DNA from: Terriglobia bacterium
GTDB lineage: Bacteria > Acidobacteriota > Terriglobia > 20CM-2-55-15
Assembly (NCBI GenBank): GCA_965218585.1
Contig: CBDCLE010000004.1
Location: 32,001 to 96,000, forward strand
Length of the DNA: 64,000 nt
Reading direction: 5' to 3'
A model generated the notes under the pieces. The model saw nothing but the letters and a program-made list of their open reading frames with translations, made no database searches and was not told the origin of the DNA. Numbering within the stretch: the stretch's first letter is position 1; each line of letters starts with the position of its first letter. The position numbers were made by a program, and so were the translations under genes. Positions 9,500 through 19,467 of the stretch are shown in pieces.

Positions 9500-9964
9500 A
9501 TGAAAGAAGCACATCAGCGAGTAGAACGACTGGATCGCATCCTGAAAGTGCGGCAGATCGCCGTCGACGAAGCCGAGCAGCGGGTCCGTACGTGCGAATT
9601 TCAGATGCAGCGTCTCCAGACACGGTGTGATGAGGAACAAGGCAAAATCCGCCAGACGATGGAAGAATTTGCCCAGGCCCAGGGCATGACCGGGCTCGGT
9701 CTGCAACGCTCAGAAAAGGCCATAGAGACCGGCCGAATTTACCTCGCCAGGATCCTCCAAGATATTGAAAAATTAGGGGCTAAGCTGGAAGAGTATCAGG
9801 ACCAGTGGAGGGAGGCCAGGCGGGAGTATAAGACCGTCGAAAAGCTTCGGGAACACCAATTGCATAAAGTGTCGCGTGAGGAAGCCGTCCAGATGCAGAA
9901 GATGACCGACGAAGCATCCGTTATGAGACACGCAAGAAACACTGAGAACCAGTTCAGAAGCTAA
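9500..9964 (+). CDS. fliJ: Flagellar export chaperone FliJ
   Basis: Coiled-coil ~154 aa directly after fliI; RLDRILKVRQ start and EKLRE...QKMTDE end. Confidence 0.75.
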   Translation: MKEAHQRVERLDRILKVRQIAVDEAEQRVRTCEFQMQRLQTRCDEEQGKIRQTMEEFAQAQGMTGLGLQRSEKAIETGRIYLARILQDIEKLGAKLEEYQDQWREARREYKTVEKLREHQLHKVSREEAVQMQKMTDEASVMRHARNTENQFRS

Positions 9965-9966
9965 TC

Positions 9967-11166
9967 ATGGCAGACATCAGCCAATTCAACATCCCGTTGC
10001 CAGTCGAAGCCGATTCGACGGTTTCGCTCCCAGAGAGCCCGAAGTCGGATTCAGACGGCGCTCTGTTTGAGGACCTGTTGGTCGAGGCGGGAGCGGAAGC
10101 AACGGCTGCTTCTACTAGTACGGAAGCAACACCGACGGTTTCTGGTGAACATGTTTCTGAAACGGAACGTCAACTGGCTCCCACCGCTGCATTCACAACG
10201 ACAGTGGTCCCAGGTGTCGAGGGGACTCCAGAGGTTCTTCTGGAAACGCTCCGCAACCAGAACTCGGCTGCCGGATCTCTTACGGTTGATAACCTGGCTG
10301 GCAATCTGGCGCACAACGAGTTGTCCGAAGAGGTTGTCTCTCAGCTGCTCGCGCGTTCGACTACTGATTCTCAGGCGATCGAGCAGGCAGTTTTTGCCGA
10401 GTTCGCGAAGACTGCCGTTGGAGAGGCGGTTTCCAAGTCTGAAGTTCCGGTCGGTGCACCGGTCAACACCGTCGCACTGCGGGCCGACACGGTTGTCGAT
10501 CCTACGCCTTCAGGCAACGTCGAGCCTTCTGCGGTGGCGCGAAGTGCGAATGTGGGATTGGTGGAGCAACCTGCAGTAGCGACCGCTGGAGATCCCGAAC
10601 AGGTTCTGGTTCGAACGAATCCGGACTCTGTCCAGGTAAACCGAGAGGCCGGAAACTCGAGAACGGCTGAATTCGTTCCGACAACTGGATCCGCGACGGC
10701 TCCGGCAGTTGCCCTCACCGGTACGTTGAATCCGTTGGTCCAGCCTGGTGACGGAAAATCGCTCAAGTCGCTGGATCTGGAAACCTTGGGAGTCACTCGG
10801 ATCGAGATCACGGCCGAACACGCCGGGTCCAACCAGACCCCCGCAGGGCAGGTGAAAGTCATGGCTCCTGAAGCCGTCTCACAGCCCGCTCCGAGACCCG
10901 AACCGACGCTTGCGATGCTGGGTCTTCGGTCCAGTGCCGAAGTTTTGGCCAACGTGTCGACCGGTCCCCTCACTCAAGGTCAGACCACCGGCAATGAGAC
11001 TGTGCCCGTTCCTGACAGTGTCGATAGCGCCACCCTAGCTTCGCAGTCGAGCCGACCCGAAGTGACGACGGTTTCCGGTGCCGGTCTCGAAGCGCAGGTC
11101 ACCTCACAGTACGTTCTGAAAGAGGGAACCACCGGTCGCCGAATCGCGGCGGATTCGAAAGTCGTA
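9967..11166 (+). pseudogene. fliK: Hook-length control protein FliK-like, N-terminal part, cut by group II intron
   Basis: Long Ala/Thr/Pro/Glu-rich ORF after fliJ; no FliK C-terminal domain on either side of the intron. Identity is mostly positional. Confidence 0.65.
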
Positions 11167-13319
11167 GTGCGTGCCTGGCAGCACGCGTTTCCGGCGGGTT
11201 AAAGTCCCGCTCGGCCCGAGGCCACGGGTCGATATCCAATAAGTGGGGGTAATGCCTCACTGGCCGAAGTGTAGGCGGGTATGCAAATGCCTAAACGGGC
11301 ACGAAGGCGAAAGCCGGATACGGCCAAGACAGAGCTGGATCCACCTACGGAAACTTTGGAGGGCAGGGCGCCCACCGCGAGGTGGGGTCTGAAGGGCATG
11401 AGGAGAACCACCGGGTCGTAATCGACGGGAGCGATCCCGAGGATGAACCGGTCGGCCAAAGATGGGGAATGGTCGAGCCCGCACTATGGGGGCGAAGGCA
11501 CATTGGTTCCCCCCCATCGCACCAAGGTGTGTGCGGGCGACACGGTGGAGAAGAGACACGAGTGACCCAGGGAGGCCTGGTATTGTCCGGGCGGAAGGTA
11601 AGGTCGAGATGGTGTGGCACCCGCAGACGAAAGGGCGGGCAACGGAGAAGACAAACATCGACCTAGAGCCCCGCAAGGTAGGTGCGGATATAAGCGAGAG
11701 CGAAGTTCCGGCCGACGCGGTGCCAGGAATCGGATCAGGGAATAGTACTCAGGAACGAGACACCGAACATAAGATCTCGGATCGTTGCTTCAAGCAGCGG
11801 CGCTGGCGGGTTCAAAAGGCCCGTTGGAGGGGGAAGTCCCTGTACTCAGTTGTGATTGTGCGAGCGAGGGAAAGGCGGAGGTATCGTGACCTTGGACAGT
11901 TCCCTTAGTGAAAGACCCAAACGCGATTCGGACGAAGCCGCCGCCCGTCACCACACAGCGACATTGGAAAGCAAACAGGGAAAGAAGCGAAAGGTCCACT
12001 CGCTGATCGACAAGGTGTTTAGTCGCAAGAATCTGGAGTTGGCCTGGGAGAAGGTGAAGCGGAACCGAGGTAGTGCGGGCATCGACAAGGTGACCGTTGA
12101 GCAGTTTGAAACGCGCAAGGAGGAATATCTGGCCTTGTTGCATCAAAGACTGCGAGATGGCAGTTATCGCCCCAAGCCGGTTAAGCGAGTCGAGATCGGG
12201 AAGTCCGACGGAGGAGTGCGAAAGCTGGGGATACCGGCCGTGATGGATCGGGTATGTCAGCAGGCACTGGTCCAGCGGATGGAACCGATCTTCGAGCCGC
12301 TGTTTCTGGACTGCTCATTCGGGTATCGCAAGGGGCGTTCGCCTCACGATGCGATGCGGAAAGTATGGGTAGAGCTGGGCGAGGGAGACCTATGGGTAGT
12401 TGATGCCGACTTGCGGCAGTTCTTCGACACGATTGACCAGGAGAAGCTCCTCGACTTAATTGCCGAAGAGATCAGCGACGGCCGAGTACTGGGACTGATC
12501 CGGGTCATCCTGGGTTCGGGGGTGTTGGACGGAGGTTGCTGGCAACCCACGCGGACGGGAGTTCCCCAAGGGGGAGTGGCCAGTCCGTTGTGGTCAAACA
12601 TCTTTCTGACGCCGTTTGACCGTGAGATGACCCGACAAGGTTACAGACTCACACGCTGGGCGGACGACTTCGTGGTGGTCTGCAGGACACCGTCGGAAGC
12701 CCGGCAGGCACTCGCATGTGCAGAGCGGTTTCTCTGGGAGGCACTTGGAGTTCGGCTCCATCCGAAGAAGACGCGGATTGTACACGTCCGACAGGGCTTC
12801 GAGTTCTTGGGGTACAAGGTGAAGCAAGGGAAAGGCCTGCGCCTGTCCGATACACAGAGGCAGGGTCGCGGAATGCATCCCTATAACCTGTACGCCATTC
12901 CACGGGAAAAGTCGGTGGAGAGGTTCCGGACGCAAATCCGACACCTCTCGCGCCGAAAGGCTCCCCTCACGCTGGGCGAAGTCATCGACCAGCTCAACCC
13001 AGTGATTCGTGGTTGGGGGAACTACTACCGCAAAGCGCGGGTGCGCCGACTCTTTAACCAGTTGGACCGTTGGATCGAGCGCCGTATCCACTCGTTTCTC
13101 GCGAAACGGTGGCGCAATACGATGTGGCGCCGCTATCCGGCACGACGACTGATTCGGGAGTTTGGTTTGGTCCGACTGACGCATCTGATCCCCGGTCTTG
13201 TGGACCGGTGACTTCGAGCGAGGAGCAACTGAGGAAAGCGGCTTGCGGGAAAACTGCACGAGCCGTTTGATTGAGCGGACGGTGGAAGGGCGGCTCTGCC
13301 CGACCACTTTCGACTCTAC
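11167..13319 (+). mobile_element. Group II intron (ribozyme plus RT/maturase ORF)
   Basis: 5' GTGCG at 11167; domain V AAGCGGCTTGCGGGAAAACTGCACGAGCCGTTT (13236-13268); domain VI ending ...TTCGACTCTAC at 13319. Confidence 0.9.
11886..13211 (+). CDS. ltrA: Group II intron reverse transcriptase/maturase, no endonuclease domain, WADD motif
   Basis: NRGSAGIDKVT, RKLGIPAVMDRVCQ, SFGYRKGRS, GVPQGGVASP, RWADDFVV, FLGY, domain X LNPVIRGWGNYY; GTG start after GGAGG. Confidence 0.95.
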   Translation: MTLDSSLSERPKRDSDEAAARHHTATLESKQGKKRKVHSLIDKVFSRKNLELAWEKVKRNRGSAGIDKVTVEQFETRKEEYLALLHQRLRDGSYRPKPVKRVEIGKSDGGVRKLGIPAVMDRVCQQALVQRMEPIFEPLFLDCSFGYRKGRSPHDAMRKVWVELGEGDLWVVDADLRQFFDTIDQEKLLDLIAEEISDGRVLGLIRVILGSGVLDGGCWQPTRTGVPQGGVASPLWSNIFLTPFDREMTRQGYRLTRWADDFVVVCRTPSEARQALACAERFLWEALGVRLHPKKTRIVHVRQGFEFLGYKVKQGKGLRLSDTQRQGRGMHPYNLYAIPREKSVERFRTQIRHLSRRKAPLTLGEVIDQLNPVIRGWGNYYRKARVRRLFNQLDRWIERRIHSFLAKRWRNTMWRRYPARRLIREFGLVRLTHLIPGLVDR

Positions 13320-15072
13320 AGCGATGTGGATTCTTACGGGGATCAACGTAGCTGGTGTGAAGACTGCGGCAACTGTAAACCTAGTCTTGACCTTTCTGAA
13401 GTTGCTCCCACTCTTGGCTGTTGGCGCAGCTGGACTAGTGCTGGGCGATATAGCGTCGATCCCGACTCCGAGTCCTGAGGGAGAGCCCTTCCTGCTGTTC
13501 TTCGGGGGATTGTTCGTCCTGACGATGGGAGCTTTTGTAGGCTTAGAGGCAGGTACTATTCCAGCCGACGATGTAGTCGCTCCCGATCGAACTATTCCGC
13601 TCGCGCTTGCGACGGGTACCCTGGTCATTGCCGCAATCAACATTATTGCCACGGCGGGAGTCATGGCATTGGTCCCGAGTGAGGAGTTAGCCCAATCGGC
13701 ATCACCCTTCTCCGCCGCGGCCTTGTCCGTGTTTGGACCCTGGGGATCCCAAGCCGTAGCGGTGGGAGCAATCATTTCGATCGTTGGTGTGCTTAATGCG
13801 ACGATTCTATTGACTGGCCAAATGCCAAGAGCTGCGGCTCTCGACGGACTGTTTCCCGCGAAGTTTACAGCCCTAAACAGCCAAGGTGCTCCAGCTTTTG
13901 CGCTGATCGCTTCGACAGCCCTCGCCACCATACTAGTCGGCATGAATTATACAAATGGCATTGTCGCTGCGTACGAGACCATGTTCTTACTGACGATTCT
14001 GACGGCTATTGTCGTTTACGTAGCATCGGCCGCAGCGGATCTAGGGTGTGTTAACACTAACGTAGTGCCTCGACGATGAGTGCGAAGTGAAGGAAGGCGA
14101 GGAACATGACGTCGAGTTTATCGAAATGGGAGAAGATACGCCGAAAACCCTTGAGTCGGCGGAAGAGCCTCTCGACTTCGTTCCTGCGGCGGTAGAGCAC
14201 GCGGTCGTATTCCCACGGCTCCAGGCGGTTGCGCTTGGGCGGCACGACGGGAATCCACCCAAAATCCAGAGCCAATTGGCGGGTCTGGTCGTCCTGGTAG
14301 GCACGGTCCATCAGCAGCGGCAGCGGCGCGGGCAACGGCCCCAGGCCGGCGAGCAGATCGCGGCCCTGCGGGGCGTCGTGCGCTTGGCCGGGCGAGAGCG
14401 CAAACGTTATCGCCGTTCGAGCATTCGCGGCAACCAGATGAATCTTGGTGGTCCATCCACCGCGGGATTTGCCGATCGCTTGCGGACCGTTTTTTTTAAC
14501 GCTCCCGTGCCGTCGGGATGCACCTTCACAATGGTCGAGTCCATCGAAACGGCTTCCACCCGGATGCGCACCAGTTGCTCGCGCTGGAGTTTTTCGAAGA
14601 CGGCGTCGAGCACCCCGTTCTTGGACCAGCGGTTCATCCGGGTGTAGATGGTGTGCCAGTTGCCAAAGCGCTTGGGCAGACCGCGCCACTTGCAGCCCTG
14701 CTCAGCCACATACAAAATGGCGTTCAAGACCGTCAGGTTCGAAAGACTGACGTTGCCCCGCTGACGCGGCAGTTCCGGCTCGATGCGACAATACTGCTCC
14801 TGTGTGATCTCCATGCCTGATTATAAAACATTCATGCTCATTAGTGTTAACACGCCCCAGTAATACAGTATCGGGATGTCACTAGCGGAAAGCCTGTACG
14901 ATGGCAGTCGATCCTGGTTGCAGTCGTGGCGCTGACCGTTTCCATCTTAGCCGTCGTGGGTTCAGGACTTGAAATCATGGGCTATACGCTGACCTTGTTA
15001 GCTGCCGGCTTGCCACTTTATCTATGGCTGAAAAGGAGCGCCCCGCCTCAAAGGAAGTCAAGAATTGGCTGA
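13320..15072 (+). pseudogene. APC-family amino acid permease, 5' half missing and interrupted by IS5
   Basis: WILTGINVAGVK, GAFVGLEAG, RAAALDGLFP; removing IS5 restores the frame ...AAADL-VIQYRD...LAAGLPLYLWLK...IG* (stop 15070-15072). Confidence 0.85.
14044..14857 (-). mobile_element. IS5-family (IS427-like) element, complete, two-ORF frameshift transposase
   Basis: 17-bp IRs GGG(C/T)GTGTTAACACTAA; orfA 14407-14814 and orfB to 14057 (SRGGWTTKIH, MDRAY, RNEVERLFRRLK); inserted in CTAG (TA left, CA right). Confidence 0.95.
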
Positions 15073-15209
15073 AATACTGGGGTTTCTCAACGTCCGACAA
15101 GATCGTTTGCGAGGACTTGACCCTTTTCTTGCGAATAACTCCCACCTGTAGTTATATTTAGCCAGATTTTCTGTAGGCGCGGTCTATGACCGCACAACAC
15201 TTCAAGATC

Positions 15210-15365
15210 ATGGAATCTGGCACCAGACTCGGCCATTACGAGATCTCAGGTGTGGCGTGCGAGAGACACGAAACTCGGTCGTGAAGTTGCTATTAAGACC
15301 CTATCGGAAAAGTTTGCTGAAGATTCGGATCGATTAGCGCAGTTTGAACGTGAAGCTCAACTCGC
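15210..15365 (+). pseudogene. Hanks-type Ser/Thr kinase N-terminal fragment
   Basis: MESGTRLGHYEIS then, in another frame, VWRARDTKLGREVAIKTL..RLAQFEREAQL; the Gly-rich loop is deleted. Confidence 0.8.
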
Positions 15366-15390
15366 TCGTCTACCTACCGAACGCAAGCCG

Positions 15391-15582
15391 TTACGACCCG
15401 CTCAACTCGCGCTGCAGATCCTTGATTCCTTGCCAGGTCAACTGATCATTATCCAGTAGTTCCAGCATTTGTATTTTGGTGAGAATGAATCCACTGGCAT
15501 CAATACGCGAGTCGTCTAGGACATTTACCTCGAGTCCTTCCTCTTGGAGCTGAGCGATGGCCCTGTTGAGTCGCTCGTTCAT
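15391..15582 (-). CDS. Small hypothetical protein
   Basis: 63-aa ORF with protein-like composition; TATAAT 8 nt upstream of the ATG. Confidence 0.5.
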   Translation of the reverse strand: MNERLNRAIAQLQEEGLEVNVLDDSRIDASGFILTKIQMLELLDNDQLTWQGIKDLQRELSGS

Positions 15583-15621
15583 AGCTTCAGATTATATAGG
15601 ACTTAAAGCTCCCGGTGAAAG

Positions 15622-16986
15622 GAGGTCGTTCCAATCGGTGTGTAAAAAGAGAAGGCGGTGTACGCTTTCGGTGAATTCGAAACCGTAAGCAATCCCGGCA
15701 GCAATCGGGAGAAAGGTACACCACCCATGAAGAAGAAGAACATACCGGCATCAGTGGCGTCAACGAACGCGTATGAAGGTTTGGAGGACTGGGCGCGATC
15801 CCGGGTCCAAGTCTGGCTACAGGAGCTGCTCGAGGACGAAGTCACTCAATTTCTGGGTCGGGAAAAGTCGGAGCGGAGTCCGAATCGACGAGGATACCGG
15901 AACGGTCACGGGAAGCCGCGACGCTTCGCAATGATGAACGGTACGATGGAGGTTCGACGACCTCGGGTTCGAAACACCGCCGAGCGGTTCGAGAGTCAGA
16001 TCCTGCCGTATTTTCGACGGAAATCGAAACAGCTGGGCGAGCTACTTCCCGATCTCTACCTCCACGGTCTGGCCACAGGGGACTTCGAGCAGGCCATGCG
16101 CGGACTGCTTGGCGCTGGCGCTCCGTTGTCGCGAGCATCGATCCAACGACTGAAATCGACCTGGCAGTTGGAGTATGACGAGTGGGTCCAGCAGGACCTG
16201 TCCGGCCTCGAGGTCGTGTACCAGTGGGCAGACGGCTTGTACGTGAAAGCGGGGATCGCGAAAGAGCGAGCGGCATTGCTGGTGATCATCGGAGCCTTGC
16301 CAGACGGGCGCAAAGTGGTGTTGGCCTGTGAGAGCGGGCAGCGGGAAAGCAAGGAGTCCTGGAGCCGCATTCTGCGCAATCTCCAGAGACGGGGCCTGAA
16401 GCTGGGACGGCTGACTGTCGCGGACGGTCACCTGGGCATCTGGTCCGCGCTGGCCGAGCAACAGCCCCAGGGCCAGGAACAACGCTGCTGGAACCACAAG
16501 TCGATCAACGTGGTCGATCATCTGCCGAAGACCGAGCAGCCCGCGGCCAGACAGCTGCTCCATGGGATGGCCTTCGCGAACTCCCGCGCGGCCTGCGAAC
16601 GAAAGCGGGATCAGTTCGTCCGCCGATATGAGAAGAACTATCCCAAAGCGGGTGAGACGCTGTTGCGGGACTGGGACCGGATGATCACTTTCTATGAGTT
16701 CCCGAAACAACACTGGGTGCATCTGAGAACAACCAACATCGTCGAATCGCCCTTCGACATGGTTCGCCTCCGCACCAACGCCGCTCGCCGATTCAAGCGT
16801 GTCGAGAATGCAACGGCAATGATCTGGAAGCTACTACGTGTCGCTGAGAAGGCTTGGCGACACTTAAAAGGATCCGAACTCTTACAAGAGGTCTATGATG
16901 GTCAGCAATTCGCTGACGGCATCAGAGTCGTGATGAAATCGAAGGCCGCCGCCTGATGACTTTTACACACCTTTTGTAATGACCTC
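15622..16986 (+). mobile_element. IS256-family element, 1365 bp, transposase 15727-16956
   Basis: IRs GAGGTCGTTCCAATCGGTGTGTAAAA / TTTTACACACCTTTTGTAATGACCTC; 8-bp TSD GGTGAAAG (15614-21, 16987-94); YRNG, WADG, VADG, QRCWNH, RTTNIVES motifs. Confidence 0.95.
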
Positions 16987-17016
16987 GGTGAAAGGCTCAC
17001 GTTGTCTATAATAGGA

Positions 17017-17090
17017 ATGTCTCTCACGCACTACCTCGTCATGGAGCATGTAGAAGGAGAGACGCTCCAGCAATGCCTGAACCGTGCCTT
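17017..17090 (+). pseudogene. Second Ser/Thr kinase fragment (hinge region)
   Basis: MSL-THYLVMEHVEGETLQQCLNR, subdomain V motif fused directly to a start. Confidence 0.65.
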
Positions 17091-17117
17091 TAGGAGCCAT
17101 CGATTGTTTTTTCCTGG

Positions 17118-17402
17118 GTGTCCGATCCCTTAAACCGTGTGCTTATGCAATTTTCCCGATTCCCCAAATCGACTGAGAAGCGGTGGTACTTGGGTGTGCT
17201 CTGCGCAAGATGCCGCTCACCGATCCTGTTCGGCCTGGATCGAACCGAAGGACGCGGACCGTTCGAGCCGCCGACGAAACTGCTTCTCACATGCAGCGAA
17301 GCTGAATGTGGTCACCAGGCGGACTATAGTGCCGCGAAGGTGTTCCCATACGAGAGGGACCAAAGACAAAGCGGTGGGACTAGCCCGACCGCTTTGAAAT
17401 GA
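17118..17402 (+). CDS. Small zinc-ribbon-like hypothetical protein
   Basis: CARC...CSEAECGH...Y pattern; start uncertain. Confidence 0.5.
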   Translation: MSDPLNRVLMQFSRFPKSTEKRWYLGVLCARCRSPILFGLDRTEGRGPFEPPTKLLLTCSEAECGHQADYSAAKVFPYERDQRQSGGTSPTALK

Positions 17403-17417
17403 TCCACTGTCCGACCG

Positions 17418-18193
17418 CTAAAGACCATATTGCTGTTTGACGCCGGCGATGAAGGTCTCGTCGTTGCCGGACTCTCGACTTTCGATCATGCGCTTCGCAT
17501 CTTCACCGGCGGTGTAGCGGAGCTGCGAGGTGCCATCCGTGGCAGCGCGATAGATGACCTCGGAGACCACGCGAGCGTCAGAGGCCGACTCGGCAGACGA
17601 GCCCACGGCCGCGTAGAGATGACCGACAAGTCCCTGGTACTCTTCGAGCGCCTCGTCGTTGCTGAAATCGATAGACTGACCAAATTTGGTATCGATTACG
17701 CCTGGCTCGACCAGCTTTACCTTGACCCCAATCGGCCCCATCTCAAAGCTCAACGCTTCGGAGAAACCTTCGACCGCGAATTTCGTTCCGTGGTACAGGC
17801 TGAGAAGGGGAAAGGTAACTTTGCCGCCGACAGACGAGACGTTGATAATGGTGCCACCTCGGTTGGCTCGAAAATGCGGAATAACCGCCTTGGTCGTTTC
17901 GAGCAGACCAATGACATTGACGTCGAACTGACGCCGAATCTTCTCCATCGATGTGGCCTCGAGGACTCCGCCGGCCCCGTAGCCGGCATTATTCAGTAGC
18001 ACGTCAATCTTTCCAAAGGTCTCGATACCCAGGTGCACGGCTTGGGCGATCGAGTCCGCATCTTGAACGTCGAGTCGGGTTACGAGCACGTTGTCGAGCC
18101 GAGACAGCTCCATCTCCTTTTCTGGCGTTCGCATGGTCGCAACAACGTTCCAGCCCTTTTCTTGGAAGTATTGCGCCGTTGCCTTGCCGATTG
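17418..18193 (-). pseudogene. Short-chain dehydrogenase/reductase lacking the first ~12 residues (TGxxxG)
   Basis: IGKATAQYFQEKGWNVVATMR, NNAG, YHGTK; upstream sequence is antisense of another gene remnant. Confidence 0.8.
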
Positions 18194-18313
18194 CGGACTG
18201 GCGACAAAATCACGGTGAGGGTCCGGCCTTTACGCAGCGGTTTCGCCGGTGGTAATTACAGTAATCCTCGTTGGGAAGACGGTACTCCTATTGATCCAAG
18301 GGCTAACGACTAG
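18194..18313 (+). pseudogene. C-terminal remnant of a DUF6152-like protein
   Basis: RTGDKITVRVRPLRSGFAGG...EDGTPID*; family assignment from recalled motif and context. Confidence 0.55.
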
Positions 18314-18326
18314 GCGGGTGATACGC

Positions 18327-19199
18327 ATGTCGACACTAAAAAATTACAGAACCGAGAAAATAGGCAAGCTCATGACTGTGATGATCTTCACGATAGTGGC
18401 GTCTATCTTGGGATCGCCAAGCGAAGCACAGCAGGAAAGCGCGTCCAACACGGCTGTTTCCACCGCGTACCCTGACTGGAGTGGACAATGGGAACGCATA
18501 GGTAGTCTGAACTGGCCCCCGGAAGGATACCGAGAATCGGGTCCGGCACCCTTGACCGAGGAATACCAGGCGATCTATGAGGAGACCCAGGCGCTGCGCA
18601 GGAGTGGCGTTCTGGCCGGTGATCCCCCTGCGACCTGCCTCCCGCCAGGAATGCCCAGGGTCATGAAAATGAGTTTTCCGATGGAGATCATTGTGACTCC
18701 TGGCATTAGCTACATCCTTGCTGACTGGGAGAGTCAGATACGTCGCATTTACACGGATGGACGAGACTGGCCCGAATATATCCTGCCGGAGTTCAACGGG
18801 TATTCCATTGGCGAGTGGCACGATGAAGATAACGATGGTGTCTATGACATGCTTTCAATCGAAACGCGTGGCATTAAAGGACCACGTTCCATTGATTCCA
18901 CGGGCGTGGTTCTGCACGAAAACGACCAGACGGTTGTGCTGGAAGAAATTCGTCGCGTTGATGAGAACACGATGGAAGACAGAATTACCACCATCGACGA
19001 TGCGTTTACCGGTCCATGGACGATCAATCAACGGTATAACCATGTCACCGAAGACATCGTCTGGGTGGAATACGTCTGTGCCGAAGGCAATCGCCATATA
19101 AAGCTCGGTGACGAATGGTATTTCCTGAACGAGGTCGAAGGAATTCTTGAACCAACCCGCGAAGGACAACCGCGGCTGGTTCCCCAAGCTCAGAATTAA
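18327..19199 (+). CDS. Secreted hypothetical protein (PDWSGQW / CLPPGMPR type)
   Basis: Signal peptide; DPPATCLPPGMPR, RRIYTDGR, GYSIGEW, EYVCAEGN motifs. Confidence 0.75.
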   Translation: MSTLKNYRTEKIGKLMTVMIFTIVASILGSPSEAQQESASNTAVSTAYPDWSGQWERIGSLNWPPEGYRESGPAPLTEEYQAIYEETQALRRSGVLAGDPPATCLPPGMPRVMKMSFPMEIIVTPGISYILADWESQIRRIYTDGRDWPEYILPEFNGYSIGEWHDEDNDGVYDMLSIETRGIKGPRSIDSTGVVLHENDQTVVLEEIRRVDENTMEDRITTIDDAFTGPWTINQRYNHVTEDIVWVEYVCAEGNRHIKLGDEWYFLNEVEGILEPTREGQPRLVPQAQN

Positions 19200-19467
19200 T
19201 AAAGTGACGGCGTTCTCATGTCCTCGGAAATCCCCTTGTCGGACGTTGAGGATTCGTTGCCGAGTTGAGGGACCTCCCCGTAGGCGGCTCCCAAATATCT
19301 CAGTCCTTCGTTGCGCCCCCCTAAGCAGTTCTCCATGATGACGGTATGGAACTTCCCAACCTCGACCGAATAATCGCCCCACGACAGCCCAAGGTGAATG
19401 TCGCAACCGGTCGCTGGCCGTTTTCCGACAAGAATGACAGCTTGCAGCACATCTCCGAGCGAGTCTC

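Noticed and set aside
11856-13211. RT as retron, DGR or defence RT
   Set aside because: It has domain X and is embedded in a ribozyme with GTGCG start and domains V/VI; no TR/VR pair or msr-msd seen.
12594-13943. 449-aa minus-strand ORF and other long antisense ORFs
   Set aside because: Shadow frames of the RT, permease and other GC-rich genes, with no recognisable motifs.
19196-19450. Possible fifth kinase remnant (RYLGAAYGEV)
   Set aside because: Similarity to the Gly-rich loop is too weak and there is no flanking VAIK motif.
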